DNA from: a virus
Lineage: Duplodnaviria > Caudoviricetes
Direction: 5' to 3' (one strand)
IMG/VR virus record: IMGVR_UViG_3300044667_000075
Location: 32,001 to 96,000 of that record
DNA length: 64,000 nucleotides
Part shown: piece by piece, positions 1 to 9,537 of the stretch
Layout: every line of letters begins with the position of its first letter
Numbering within the stretch: position 1 is the stretch's first letter
Made by a program: the position numbers and the translations under genes
Notes under the pieces: generated by a model
The model's database searches: none
Told to the model about the DNA's origin: nothing
The model's input: only the letters and a program-made list of their open reading frames with translations

Positions 1-1
1 G

Positions 2-217
2 TCATGTCTGCTCCTCGAATCCCGGCCCGTCTGGGACGCGGGCCTTCAGTGTCCTCGCATAGCCGATGGCACGCTGGATGTCCGCCCACGCCTCACCCAT
101 CGCGGCCTGAAGGGAATCCCACTCGCGGGTCCGCGCCCCACGTTCCAGTGCGCTGGTGGCGCTCGTCAGCGCGCCCTCGATCGCATCGAAGTGGCCCATC
201 GTGACGTTGCCGCTCAT
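2..217 (-). CDS. hypothetical protein
   Basis: ORF coupled to upstream gene by ATGA overlap. Confidence 0.55.
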   Translation of the reverse strand: MSGNVTMGHFDAIEGALTSATSALERGARTREWDSLQAAMGEAWADIQRAIGYARTLKARVPDGPGFEEQT

Positions 218-681
218 GACCAGTCCAGGGCGTCAAGCGCGTCCGATGCCATCTCCAGTTCCTTGTCCGTCAGCTCGCTGGCCGGGATCTGCCCGCGTCC
301 GTAGGCGCGGATCTTCTCGTCGTCGGGTTCCCGCAGGTGGGTGACGATCAGCGCATAGCCGTCCTGTCCGCCCGGCCGGCCGCCTTTGCCGACCTCAACG
401 GACACCTGGGCAGGCCAAGCGTCGGCCGGGAACTCCCGGGCGACTAGCTCGCCGTCATCGACGCGGTTCGGGCGTGAAGGGGCGGCGGCGATACCCGCTC
501 CTCCGCCGCCTCCGCTGGGGAAGAAGCTGAACGAGGTGCCGCCGCCTTCGTAGCCGTTGTCGGTGCCGTCCGCGTTGATCGTGCTGCCGCCGCCCTTGAG
601 GACCACCGTCAAGCGGGCGGCGCCTGCTGGCTTCACCCAGGTCCCGTCTCGGCCGAAATACTGGATGTCAGGCTCGCTCAT
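214..681 (-). CDS. glycine-rich domain protein
   Basis: GTWVKPAGA..V.LKGGG and GGGGG motifs like phage glycine-rich domains; start moved to ATG 681 (ATGA overlap). Confidence 0.55.
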   Translation of the reverse strand: MSEPDIQYFGRDGTWVKPAGAARLTVVLKGGGSTINADGTDNGYEGGGTSFSFFPSGGGGGAGIAAAPSRPNRVDDGELVAREFPADAWPAQVSVEVGKGGRPGGQDGYALIVTHLREPDDEKIRAYGRGQIPASELTDKELEMASDALDALDWS

Positions 682-1121
682 GGCCGCACAGCCTCCCACT
701 GCCCTGCTAGGTGCGGGTCCGTCCACGCTGCCAGGTCATCCCTGGTCCACGTGCCGACCAGCAGCCATGTCTCCGGCTGGCCGCAGTCCTTGCAGCGGCC
801 GAGGACCGCGGTGTGCGGGGCGGAGAACGGGAACTTCGGGGTGGAGTCCTGGGCCTTGAGGATGGCCCAGTCATGCTCGCAGGCGGGTGGCACCGGCTCG
901 TCTTCCTCGGCCGTGTCCGGTTCGCTATCCCAGCCTGCGGCCTGGTAAGCGGCGTACACGATCGCGGTGATGTCAGACATGTCGATCGATCGGCCGCGAG
1001 CGGGCTGGTTGGCGATACCGAGATGGCCTGCTTGCTCCCATGCGGCCTTAACTGCGGCCTTGCCCTGCTCGCTGCTGGCCCACAGCACCTCTGCGGCCTC
1101 AGCGTCAGTGATGTCCGTCAC
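678..1121 (-). CDS. hypothetical protein with C-terminal Zn-binding motif
   Basis: CEH...CKDC; GTGA overlap. Confidence 0.6.
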   Translation of the reverse strand: MTDITDAEAAEVLWASSEQGKAAVKAAWEQAGHLGIANQPARGRSIDMSDITAIVYAAYQAAGWDSEPDTAEEDEPVPPACEHDWAILKAQDSTPKFPFSAPHTAVLGRCKDCGQPETWLLVGTWTRDDLAAWTDPHLAGQWEAVRP

Positions 1122-1606
1122 CGGGTGCCCCCTTCGTTGTTGTCGTAGACCTGCGCCATGATCCTCAGCAGCCGCTCCACCCGCTGGTCCCGGCCGCAAT
1201 CACAGGGCTGGCCTGCCCGGTCAGGGTCGGAGCAGCCTGAGCCGGGCTGGCCGCTGTAGAAGTTCTCGGCGATGTAGGTGTGCGGTTCGGCGAGGATCGC
1301 GGCCATCAGGTCACGCTTGGCCTTCACCTCGCGCTCCGTGCGGGCCGGGTCCTGGCGGGCGATGTGCTCAGCAAGCACCGTGTCGAGCGCGCCCTGGCCA
1401 GTGAACAGGCCGCCTCCGCGCCTGCCGCCCAGGTCGGCCCGCATGGTGCGGCCATCTTCCTGGAACTGGCCGTCATACCAGGGCTCGACGTACCACTCCC
1501 GCCATGCGGGGCGCGAAGTGGCCCGAGCTGCCGCGTCGTCGGCGTCGAGTCCGGCGTTTAGCTTGGCAACCAGGGCCTCGATCGCTGCTGCCCGGACCTC
1601 AGTCAT
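1118..1606 (-). CDS. DUF6221-like actinophage protein
   Basis: HIARQDPARTEREVKAKR motif. Confidence 0.65.
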   Translation of the reverse strand: MTEVRAAAIEALVAKLNAGLDADDAAARATSRPAWREWYVEPWYDGQFQEDGRTMRADLGGRRGGGLFTGQGALDTVLAEHIARQDPARTEREVKAKRDLMAAILAEPHTYIAENFYSGQPGSGCSDPDRAGQPCDCGRDQRVERLLRIMAQVYDNNEGGTR

Positions 1607-1784
1607 CGAGCTTGTCCGCGATAGTGAGGGTGACACCTTCCTTGCCCATGCGCTGCGCGGCGCTCTCGGCCACCCGCAGCATGGGCTCGGTCCTGACGAT
1701 CACCGTGTCCCCTGGGACTGCATCGCGTAGCGCATCGGCCAGCGCGCCCATCCAGCCGTCCGGCGGGATCCTGAACTCAGTCAT
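1599..1784 (-). CDS. hypothetical protein
   Basis: coupled ORF MTEFRIPP. Confidence 0.5.
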   Translation of the reverse strand: MTEFRIPPDGWMGALADALRDAVPGDTVIVRTEPMLRVAESAAQRMGKEGVTLTIADKLDD

Positions 1785-1987
1785 TATTGCTCTCCTCTCG
1801 TGCGGCGACCGGAAACCGGGTCCGTCCCGCGCTGTGCCTCGATGGCGTCGCGGACAACACGGATCGGGACGCGGAACGCGCGGGCCACCTGCATGAGCGG
1901 GCTCGCTCCCTCCCCGTTGCGGTAGTCGTGGTTCTTGCGTACGGACTTCCACGTCAGGAACATGCGGCGTTCCGGGGTCTGGGTCAT
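1784..1987 (-). CDS. hypothetical protein, possible HTH
   Basis: PLMQVARAFRVPIRVVRDAI. Confidence 0.5.
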   Translation of the reverse strand: MTQTPERRMFLTWKSVRKNHDYRNGEGASPLMQVARAFRVPIRVVRDAIEAQRGTDPVSGRRTRGEQ

Positions 1988-2298
1988 CGCTTGACCTCCT
2001 TCGTCACCCATTCCTGGCAGTCCGGGCAGACGCCCTTGGACATGCGCATGTTGCGGTGCTTGCAGTTGCGGGCCTGCTGGGGCGGGTCTTCCAGGGCAGC
2101 GACAGGAGGAGGAGGAGGAGGAGGAGGGTCGGCGAGGCCGTCGAGCCGGTCTAGCTCTAGCGTGATCCCCCGGACGCTGATGTCAGTGATTGTCTGCCCG
2201 TGCCGTTCGGCCCCGTCTTTGAGCCGGGTCAGCAGGTCTGGGGGGATCCGGACGTTGAGCTGGGCCTTGGCGTGGCGGTCTCCGGTACGAGAGGCCAT
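1984..2298 (-). CDS. ribbon-helix-helix DNA-binding protein
   Basis: QLNVRIPPDLLTRLKDGAERHGQTITDI; poly-Pro linker; C-terminal CxH/CxxC. Confidence 0.7.
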   Translation of the reverse strand: MASRTGDRHAKAQLNVRIPPDLLTRLKDGAERHGQTITDISVRGITLELDRLDGLADPPPPPPPPVAALEDPPQQARNCKHRNMRMSKGVCPDCQEWVTKEVKR

Positions 2299-2522
2299 CA
2301 GGCCGTCCATGCGGCGGGGCAGGAGATCGTGGCGTTCAGCGCGTCGGCGGGGACGTCGGCGAAGGTGTGGCGGATCCACGGGCGGCCCATGCGCTCGAAG
2401 CGCTCAACCTCAGCCGCGGGGACCTGGACCAGCACGCGCCCGGCAGCGTCGGTAACGCCATGGTTGCGCGTGACCCATGCCGCGTCGTCGGTGCGGACCG
2501 CGAAGGTGGCTGTTTTGCTCAT
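2298..2522 (-). CDS. hypothetical protein
   Basis: RBS GGGGAG; first gene after promoter. Confidence 0.55.
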   Translation of the reverse strand: MSKTATFAVRTDDAAWVTRNHGVTDAAGRVLVQVPAAEVERFERMGRPWIRHTFADVPADALNATISCPAAWTA

Positions 2523-2542
2523 CTTGTCTCCCCTGCTCAGTG

Positions 2543-2596
2543 CGTATAGCCATCGTATAGCCACCAGCGCAGGAAGTCAAGCCGGAACGTATAGCC
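2543..2596 (-). promoter_or_regulatory. sigma70-type promoter with three CGTATAGCC operator-like repeats
   Basis: TTGACT-17-TACGAT on minus strand; CGTATAGCC at 2543, 2554, 2588. Confidence 0.7.
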
Positions 2597-2930
2597 GCCA
2601 GAGCCGCCGGATGTGCTTTAACGCCGCCGCCTGCCCGCCTCCGTCAGCCCTCCACCGCAGCCCCAGGTAGCTGACCCCGCCCGGCCGGAACGCAAGCGCC
2701 GCCAGCACGCACGCCAAGGTCGTCAGCCCCTCGCTCGACTCATGCACCCGCAGCTGCACCCACGTCCCCGCGTCCAGCCGGAACCCCTCCGTCACCGCTG
2801 CCAGCCTGGCAGGGTCCGCGCCCCGGAGCTTGTCGATCTCCAGGGGGACGCACCACTCCAGGTTGGCCGCGGCGAGGGACCGGGCGGCGTTCATCGGCTG
2901 GTCGTTCCGGCCGATGATGAACCTCGCCAC
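2577..2930 (-). CDS. hypothetical protein
   Basis: ORF with RBS. Confidence 0.55.
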   Translation of the reverse strand: MARFIIGRNDQPMNAARSLAAANLEWCVPLEIDKLRGADPARLAAVTEGFRLDAGTWVQLRVHESSEGLTTLACVLAALAFRPGGVSYLGLRWRADGGGQAAALKHIRRLWRLYVPA

Positions 2931-3025
2931 GGCATCTCTCCCGTTCCCGCTGGTCAGACAGGGCTGTTACGCGAGATGGTAACGGGACACGGTTGCACAT
3001 CTGGGGCATGACGCGCCGGGACGCG

Positions 3026-3232
3026 TCACTCGCCGGGGATCACCACCGTGATGGACTTCAGCCGGCCATTCATCCGGGACCGCGCCGACGGCTTCAGCGC
3101 CTCGGCAGCCTCAGCCTCGGCACCTGCAGCGCTGGCGGTGGCCTTGTCGAACTCGGCGAGGAACTGTCGGAGTTCGCCGATGGTCAGCTCGCCATCCGGG
3201 GCCCTGACGGTGATCGTGCGCTCGGTGCTCAC
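3026..3232 (-). CDS. hypothetical protein
   Basis: GTGA overlap. Confidence 0.55.
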   Translation of the reverse strand: MSTERTITVRAPDGELTIGELRQFLAEFDKATASAAGAEAEAAEALKPSARSRMNGRLKSITVVIPGE

Positions 3233-3885
3233 CGCCGCCACCCCTGCGCGCAGACCAAGGCCAGCGCGGTGATGAATAGCCAGGACAGCAGGTGGATGTC
3301 CACGGTGATGATCGCGACGGTGATGAGGCTGACCTGCGCAGCCAGCGTTGGCCAGCGGAAGTACCCGCCGTGCCGTGCCGGGGCGTCCAGCCTGGGGGGC
3401 GGGACCAGAGTGCGCAACTCCTCGCAGTACGGGCACAAGCGCCGGCCCCTCGGGCCGGACAACGGCAGGTCAGACAGGCCGCACCCGGAGCAGGTCTCGT
3501 CGCGCCAGGCCGGGCCGCCGCAGAACAGGCACGGCTGCCACGGATGCCGGCAGGAACCCGTGATCCCCGGATACCGGCATTCGGTTCCACACCCCTCACA
3601 CCAGTGCGAATGCCCGACGGCGGGGCCGAGACTGTACGAGGCGGGCAGGAACATGCGCGCAACCGGGCCGAAGGTCTGCGGCTCCAGCGCACGCCGGCTC
3701 GCATCCTCGTACGCCTCCCGCTTCCAGCCGTGGACCAGGCCCGCGTACATCCCGCTGTCCGGGTATCCCTCCGGGCTGAGCGCCTGCCGCTTAGCCTCGG
3801 TGTATGACGGGAGGCGGATACAACGCGGGGACATGCACGGCAAGCCGCCGTTCACCACGTTGCAGATGCACCCCGGATCGTTCAT
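3229..3885 (-). CDS. Cys-rich protein with C-terminal TM helices
   Basis: several CxxC motifs, hydrophobic C-terminus. Confidence 0.6.
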   Translation of the reverse strand: MNDPGCICNVVNGGLPCMSPRCIRLPSYTEAKRQALSPEGYPDSGMYAGLVHGWKREAYEDASRRALEPQTFGPVARMFLPASYSLGPAVGHSHWCEGCGTECRYPGITGSCRHPWQPCLFCGGPAWRDETCSGCGLSDLPLSGPRGRRLCPYCEELRTLVPPPRLDAPARHGGYFRWPTLAAQVSLITVAIITVDIHLLSWLFITALALVCAQGWRR

Positions 3886-4130
3886 CCGCTACCGCCTTCG
3901 ATCACGGCCGGCTCCCGGAGCACCTCACCGGCCATCACGGGCCGGTAGTCCTCGCCGCCAGCGTCATGGACCGGGCGGACGCTCACCTGGATCTCGGCAG
4001 CGGCAGCCTCCGCGGACTGCTGGTCGGCGAACGGGACGCGGATCTCACGGACGTTCGCCACGAACACACCCTGGCCGGTGAGGATGTCGAAGGGGCGGCC
4101 GAAGCGAATAACAACCTCACGCGCGGCCAT
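3882..4130 (-). CDS. hypothetical protein
   Basis: coupled ORF. Confidence 0.5.
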   Translation of the reverse strand: MAAREVVIRFGRPFDILTGQGVFVANVREIRVPFADQQSAEAAAAEIQVSVRPVHDAGGEDYRPVMAGEVLREPAVIEGGSG

Positions 4131-4131
4131 G

Positions 4132-4416
4132 TCAGCATCCGGTCGGCGGCAGAAGGCCCGGCAGGGCGACCGGCGTGACCATCGGCCAGTCGAACGCCGG
4201 CAGGCAGCGCGGCGGATCTGCCGTGAACTCGAACTCGGGCAACTCGAACACTGGAGGGTTCAGCAGGATCACGTCCGAGGAACGCGCCAGGAAGCGGGTC
4301 GGCCGGATCTCTGTGACCCTCTCGCCGGCGCGGAATAGGGCCACCGTGGCGTCCGTCTCACGGTCGGGCGCGCACAAGGCCAGAGCCCAGCGGCCAGGCT
4401 TACGATTCTTGCTCAC
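4132..4416 (-). CDS. hypothetical protein
   Basis: coupled ORF. Confidence 0.45.
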   Translation of the reverse strand: MSKNRKPGRWALALCAPDRETDATVALFRAGERVTEIRPTRFLARSSDVILLNPPVFELPEFEFTADPPRCLPAFDWPMVTPVALPGLLPPTGC

Positions 4417-4595
4417 TGCACCTGCTCCCTCTCGCAGATCAGCCTCAGCTCCAGGGTGTCGGCATACGGCATCTGCGCCCGCATCCGGTCCAGCTCGATC
4501 AGGACCGCCTGCTGCCAGCCGATCACGGCGTTGTCGGCCATCGTGGCCAGGTCGATGCGGCGGCGCAACTCCGCGTGCGCGGTCTCGTCAGCCAT
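4413..4595 (-). CDS. hypothetical protein
   Basis: RBS GGGAGG, ATG 4595. Confidence 0.5.
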   Translation of the reverse strand: MADETAHAELRRRIDLATMADNAVIGWQQAVLIELDRMRAQMPYADTLELRLICEREQVQ

Positions 4596-4872
4596 CGATC
4601 CTCCCGCTCTTGAGTACCTGGCCGTGCTCAAGTAGTTCCCACCCGCCAGAGCCGAGCGCCGGATCGACCTCAACCGCCGCTGAGCCGTACGCGCCGACAG
4701 GGCTGGCGACGGGACCGCCTGGAGCAGCCCAGTCGAGCGGCTCGTTCGCGGCGGCCTTCCTGATCGCCGCGGCCACGTCCGGGTGGCAGCGGAACGTGTA
4801 CCGCCGCATCTCCCGTGGCAGGCCCTCCACTACCGTGAGTAGCCACTCGTCAAGGTCCGGGATCACGGGCAT
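4588..4872 (-). CDS. hypothetical protein
   Basis: ORF with RBS. Confidence 0.55.
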   Translation of the reverse strand: MPVIPDLDEWLLTVVEGLPREMRRYTFRCHPDVAAAIRKAAANEPLDWAAPGGPVASPVGAYGSAAVEVDPALGSGGWELLEHGQVLKSGRIDG

Positions 4873-4913
4873 GCCTGCACGCCTCTCACGTTGCCGCTGC
4901 TTATGCTGGGAAG

Positions 4914-5174
4914 ATGGGGTATGCCGTGGGCCCGTGGGTCCCTGTCCTTCTGGTCGCGCTGAAGCCGCTCGGCCAGCAGTCGTGGGCCGGGAAGCTCCCG
5001 GACATCGCCATCGGCGAGCCCTTCTGGGCCAGCAGCAGGGACGCGCCCTCGCTCATCGCCGCGGGACTCGCGGAGAACGCCCCGCCAGGGACCGTGGCGC
5101 CGCCCGTCGAGCCGCGCTATACGGCGAACGGCACAGCAGGGTTCGCGGCGGGGACGAGCAACAGTAGCCATTAG
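4914..5174 (+). CDS. hypothetical protein
   Basis: isolated plus-strand ORF with high GC3. Confidence 0.5.
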   Translation: MGYAVGPWVPVLLVALKPLGQQSWAGKLPDIAIGEPFWASSRDAPSLIAAGLAENAPPGTVAPPVEPRYTANGTAGFAAGTSNSSH

Positions 5175-5398
5175 GCGGTCACGAGCCCTGACCTGCTGAC
5201 CGTGCCGAGCTGGGCCTTCCGGCAGGCCGTGCACACGCCGATCAGGCATGGGGCGGCCACCTGCTGCCCGCCGCCAGCAGGGAACTGCTGGACCACCGTG
5301 ACCAGGACCACCGCGTCAGGGGCCGACCCCTCCGGGTCCGGGTCACCATCGGTGATCGCCCGGTCAAAACATGGCGCGCACTTCCCAAGGGCGCCCAT
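5171..5398 (-). CDS. small Zn-ribbon-like protein
   Basis: CAPC...CTAC. Confidence 0.55.
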   Translation of the reverse strand: MGALGKCAPCFDRAITDGDPDPEGSAPDAVVLVTVVQQFPAGGGQQVAAPCLIGVCTACRKAQLGTVSRSGLVTA

Positions 5399-5685
5399 CA
5401 GTAACGCTCCCCGTAACGCTTCACCACGTCCTCGACCTCCTGCAACCTCAGCTTCTCCGGCAAGGTCATCATTTCGTCATCGCCGAACGCGTTGACATAG
5501 AGCGTGGCGACGGCCAGCAGGACGTCCAGGTCATACCGGGGAATCGTGACGGACTCCTTGTCTAGCCTCGCCTGGACGGCCGCGACGGTGAACGCGCTCA
5601 TCGATGTGTCCGCGTCGAAGGCGGCCTTGCGCAGCTGGCGGTGCAGGTCCGGCGGAAAGCCTATGGGCACGCGCTGAAGACTCAT
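5398..5685 (-). CDS. ribbon-helix-helix DNA-binding protein
   Basis: RVPIGFPPDLHRQLRKAAFDADTSMSAF. Confidence 0.65.
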   Translation of the reverse strand: MSLQRVPIGFPPDLHRQLRKAAFDADTSMSAFTVAAVQARLDKESVTIPRYDLDVLLAVATLYVNAFGDDEMMTLPEKLRLQEVEDVVKRYGERY

Positions 5686-5795
5686 GATGCCATGATATCG
5701 CCAACTAGGCCGTCAGGCTTGGGACGACACGCCGCACCGCACTGCCCGAAGTGTCGCGAACGTTCCGATGCACATGCACGGGTTACCCTGACATC

Positions 5796-6581
5796 ATGAG
5801 CACCCCCGAGAAACTCCAGGTAGACACCATCACAGGCCACATCACAGGCCCCGCGAACATCAAATACAACTCGCCCTTCCCCTGCGTCAACGGATCATGG
5901 GGCTCCGGCGCCATGTCCGGGGTCCTGATGCACACGATGGTCGGGGACCTTCCCGGCACCGTCCAGGTCTTCAACGACCCGTCGTTCCAGGCCAGCGCCC
6001 ACTTCGGGATCTCCCAGGACGGCGAGATATGGCAGTTCGGACCGATCGGCAAAGGATGGATCGCCTGGCACGCCGTCAGCGCCAACCGCCAGTGGTACGG
6101 CATCGAGCACGCCGACGCCGGCAACCCCGACAACCCGCTCACCCCGCAGCAGATCGCGGCCAGCGCCCAGCTCGTCGAGCTCCTGTCCCGGTTCGCAGGG
6201 TTCCCCCTCCAGGTCACGGACTCCCCGTCAGGGCGCGGGTACGGGACGCACAACATGGGCGGCCAGGCGTGGGGAGGGCACACCTGCCCGGACCTGCCGC
6301 CGAACCACGTCCGGTCGGCGCAACGGGCCGGGATCATCGCCCTGGCCGGGCAGATCCGCAACCCCGCCCCCGCCCCGCATGGCCCCTACCGTCACGTTGC
6401 CGACGGCACCCTCTCTTTGGCCCAGATCGCCCGGCAGCGCAATACCACCGTGCAGCACCTCGTGGAAGTCACCGCGGGGGCGCTCAAGCCCGCCGACCTC
6501 GCCGCCATCGCCGCCGTCCTGGACGGGGCGATGAACACGCCGCTGCCGAAGGGCTTCGTCTTCTACACCACGAACCCCTAA
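5796..6581 (+). CDS. N-acetylmuramoyl-L-alanine amidase (Amidase_2) endolysin with LysM-like C-terminus
   Basis: HTM, SAHFGI, AWHA, GIEH, H...CP zinc-amidase motifs; SLAQIARQRNTTVQHL. Confidence 0.85.
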   Translation: MSTPEKLQVDTITGHITGPANIKYNSPFPCVNGSWGSGAMSGVLMHTMVGDLPGTVQVFNDPSFQASAHFGISQDGEIWQFGPIGKGWIAWHAVSANRQWYGIEHADAGNPDNPLTPQQIAASAQLVELLSRFAGFPLQVTDSPSGRGYGTHNMGGQAWGGHTCPDLPPNHVRSAQRAGIIALAGQIRNPAPAPHGPYRHVADGTLSLAQIARQRNTTVQHLVEVTAGALKPADLAAIAAVLDGAMNTPLPKGFVFYTTNP

Positions 6582-6591
6582 CATCAGCACC

Positions 6592-6858
6592 GTGCGACTA
6601 CCGAGGCGCGAAGACCCCGCCCGTGAGGCAACCGCCGCCCGCAGGCTCGAGCGGACCGCGGCCATGCTCCGCCAGTACGCCCGCAACGGCCTGACCATGG
6701 TCGCGATCGAGGATGTCCTGCAGCTCCTCGGGACCGGCGAACCCGCAGCGCCCTCTCCCCCCCTCAAGGAACCGCCCCGCGACCCGCTCGACGACCCGCT
6801 CACCGGAGCCCGGTGGGCCGGCCCTCCTGGGAGCATGCCGCCGGGACCGCCGCACTGA
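6592..6858 (+). CDS. hypothetical protein
   Basis: ORF directly after lysin. Confidence 0.45.
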   Translation: MRLPRREDPAREATAARRLERTAAMLRQYARNGLTMVAIEDVLQLLGTGEPAAPSPPLKEPPRDPLDDPLTGARWAGPPGSMPPGPPH

Positions 6859-6987
6859 ACACGGGGGCATCCGGGAACAGGCCGCCGAGACGCCACGCCG
6901 CATAGAACAGATCCGCCGTGTCCAGTCCCGGCCGGGGCTCATCCCGCAGCGGCACGGCAGCGGTCACGGCTTCGCACAGCCCGCACA

Positions 6988-7185
6988 TCAAGCCACCAGC
7001 CCAACGTCTCGCCGACAGGATCTCCGCGGCGGCTCCTCGACCTGCTCACCGCTCCCCGGCTGCGGCTCGTCCTCGCTGCCCGACACGATCGCGTTGTCAG
7101 GTTCGTCGTCACCCGCGAACAGGCGCATGATCACGGCGATGACAAGGCCAGCGAAAGGGATAGCCCAGGGGAGCCACGAAGACAT
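6988..7185 (-). CDS. small membrane protein
   Basis: N-terminal TM WLPWAIPFAGLVIAVIM. Confidence 0.45.
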   Translation of the reverse strand: MSSWLPWAIPFAGLVIAVIMRLFAGDDEPDNAIVSGSEDEPQPGSGEQVEEPPRRSCRRDVGLVA

Positions 7186-7288
7186 GGTGAAACGCACGCG
7201 CCGATCTAGTGAGGCTTGAGGGAGACGGGGCCGAGTGGCCACAGGTCCAAGCCTACCGGCCTGGAGTGTCAAGCCTGCGGAGGCGCGC

Positions 7289-7837
7289 TCAGAGCGCCGT
7301 TTCCATCGCCCCGCGATCGGGCCAGAGCACGGACCAGAAACCTGTTGCGGGCGGTGTCCAGCCACGGGCGTACGGCCGGACAGGAATCCCCGCCTGCCAG
7401 GCGAGAGTCGCGCAATCCGCCCCGCCGTGGGAGCCGTGGGGCTGCCGTCCGCGGCATCTGAACTCGTCGCAGGCGGCGAGGAAGGCTAGGCACTCATCGG
7501 CGCCGGGGGCCACAAGCTTGTCCCTGTTCCGGTAGTGGCCTGCGGCGGGACAGAACTCCCGGCCGTTGCGGCGCTTGCGGCGGTGGCCCGGCTGGCATTC
7601 TTCCCGGCACGGGGCATCCCAGTCGGCCGGGTGGCGTTCGCTGCGGACGCTAGCACCCTGCCGGAGCTGGCGTCTCACCCAGGCGTGGGCCATGACGTCG
7701 GCGCCCTCCGGGCAGGCCCCCTCAATCACGGTCAGGACCGGGTGGGCGGCGAGGATGCCGTCTAGCACGCCGCAGAGGAACGAGTAGTCGCGCCAAGACC
7801 TCGAGCCGGTCACGAGCACACGCCAAGCATCACCCAT
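7289..7837 (-). CDS. SLOG/YspA (DUF2493)-family protein
   Basis: RVLVTGSR, EGACPEGAD, HPADW, AAGHYRN. Confidence 0.8.
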   Translation of the reverse strand: MGDAWRVLVTGSRSWRDYSFLCGVLDGILAAHPVLTVIEGACPEGADVMAHAWVRRQLRQGASVRSERHPADWDAPCREECQPGHRRKRRNGREFCPAAGHYRNRDKLVAPGADECLAFLAACDEFRCRGRQPHGSHGGADCATLAWQAGIPVRPYARGWTPPATGFWSVLWPDRGAMETAL

Positions 7838-8174
7838 CAGTCGCCCTCCGTTCGCCGGAGAGGTCGCCCAGGGCTTCGATGAGTGCGTCAGCCATCGACT
7901 CGGCCGAGACCTTCCCCGCGACCGGGTGCAGCTCAAGGCGGGCCAAAGCCTCGATCAGTCCGTCACGGGTGAAGGCGTGCAACTCGGGATCGCCGGACGG
8001 GACCCGCCCCCCGGTTAGCCTGTCAATCGTCGCGACCAGTACCGCCACGAGGAAGGGCGGCGGGTCCACGCTGTTGTCCAGCCTCTTCCGCACTAGGGTC
8101 AGCGCGCAACGCTCGGCCGGGAGCAACCCGCTCGGCAGCGGTTCCCGGTCGCTCGGCACGTAGGCATCAGCCAC
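7830..8174 (-). CDS. hypothetical protein
   Basis: coupled ORF. Confidence 0.5.
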   Translation of the reverse strand: MADAYVPSDREPLPSGLLPAERCALTLVRKRLDNSVDPPPFLVAVLVATIDRLTGGRVPSGDPELHAFTRDGLIEALARLELHPVAGKVSAESMADALIEALGDLSGERRATDG

Positions 8175-8436
8175 TGGAACCCTCCTCGCCGAGCGGAGGC
8201 TGCGGGGGCGGCCAGCCGAGAAGGCCGGTCTGGATGATCTCAAGCGCCTCCGAAAGTTTCCTCTCGGCCTCGCCTGCGGCTGCGTCGGCCCTGCGTACGA
8301 TCTCCCACTGCTCATCGGTGACCGTGACCTCCAGATCCGGCAGGGGCGCGGCCCACTGCATCAGGCTGGCACGTGCCGCCAGGATGCCCAGACGGGCCCG
8401 GTCATACAGCCGTTCGGCGTCTTCAGCGGTCGTCAT
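8167..8436 (-). CDS. hypothetical protein
   Basis: RBS GGAGG. Confidence 0.55.
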   Translation of the reverse strand: MTTAEDAERLYDRARLGILAARASLMQWAAPLPDLEVTVTDEQWEIVRRADAAAGEAERKLSEALEIIQTGLLGWPPPQPPLGEEGSSG

Positions 8437-8827
8437 CTGCCGTTCCCTCCATGCCGCTTGTGATGTTCGCCGCGACGCCGAGCCTGTCCTGCAACTGCAT
8501 CGCCAGCGCCGCCGCCTGATCGAGAGCCTGCCACGTGGCAGTGACAGCGGCGTCCACCCGGCCCTCGTACGCGATACCAGCCATCGCCACCCTGCCCGCC
8601 GCGTTCTCCACGGCAAGCCACTGGGACACCTGGCCGAGCAGCTGGGGGAACCGGGACGCCGTGGTCGCTAGGCAGCGGACCAGCCGGTCAACCTCGGACG
8701 GGTACCGGAACGCCTCATGACTCATGGTGGCGTGGTTGAGCACCCGGGCAGCCTCGGCCAGGGCGTCGGCCACCTCCTGGACGTACTCGGGGGTACGAGG
8801 GGCGTCAGTGTCGAGGTTGACGTTCAT
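8423..8827 (-). CDS. hypothetical helical protein
   Basis: ATGA overlap; LAEAARVLNHAT. Confidence 0.6.
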   Translation of the reverse strand: MNVNLDTDAPRTPEYVQEVADALAEAARVLNHATMSHEAFRYPSEVDRLVRCLATTASRFPQLLGQVSQWLAVENAAGRVAMAGIAYEGRVDAAVTATWQALDQAAALAMQLQDRLGVAANITSGMEGTADDDR

Positions 8828-9537
8828 GGGTTCGTTCCTATCGCGGTGTGGACGTGGGCGGCCAGCCCGGACCCTCGCCAGAGGAAGTACCCGAGCACGG
8901 CCAGCAGGAGCAGCAGCCCCGGCGTGACGAGCCACCGCTCAGCAGCATGCCCAGTAGTGAACCGTAGCGGCCGGGGAAGCGCATGGAAGTCCCGCAGGGT
9001 CACGGGCCAGAGCAACGGGATCCCGCAGTCGGTCATGGCGTCGCCGGCAAGGTGCGTCGCCGCGCCCAAGGCGGCGGCGAGCGGGACCAGGGCCAGCCCG
9101 TAGCCGGTCACCATCATGGCCGCAGCCGCGCCGATGCCGAGCACGGACTCGAACGTGGCCGGGCCGGGACGCAGAGCGTCCGCCGCAGCGGCTATGCCCG
9201 CGGCGAGGAACACGGCCAGGGCGATCCGACCGGGCCAGGTGCCCCGGAACGCGCAGGCAAGCCACGCCGCACCTGTGAACGCGGCGACACCAGCGAGTGA
9301 GTGGGTTCCGTGACGATGACCGCCGCTGACCGCGCGGACCACCCAGGCGAGAACGTAGGTCACGAAGCCGTACGACCGGGCCTCAGTCGAACCACAGGAG
9401 TCCAAATCGGGTGCCAGGGCGTAGGCGGCAGTCAGGCCAGCCAGCACCGCCAGTTGGCCCGCAGGCTCATGCATGACCAGGGAACCGGCAGCGAGTCCTG
9501 TGACGACGCCGCTAAGGCAATGCGATCTTCCTAGCAT
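8824..9537 (-). CDS. membrane-bound metal-dependent hydrolase (YdjM-like)
   Basis: GRSH, PDLD, HRHGTHS, HLAGD..T..GIPLLWP. Confidence 0.85.
   Translation of the reverse strand: MLGRSHCLSGVVTGLAAGSLVMHEPAGQLAVLAGLTAAYALAPDLDSCGSTEARSYGFVTYVLAWVVRAVSGGHRHGTHSLAGVAAFTGAAWLACAFRGTWPGRIALAVFLAAGIAAAADALRPGPATFESVLGIGAAAAMMVTGYGLALVPLAAALGAATHLAGDAMTDCGIPLLWPVTLRDFHALPRPLRFTTGHAAERWLVTPGLLLLLAVLGYFLWRGSGLAAHVHTAIGTNP

Noticed and set aside
2104-2127. (AGG)8 microsatellite as a contingency locus
   Set aside because: In-frame triplet encoding a poly-Pro linker; length change would not switch expression.
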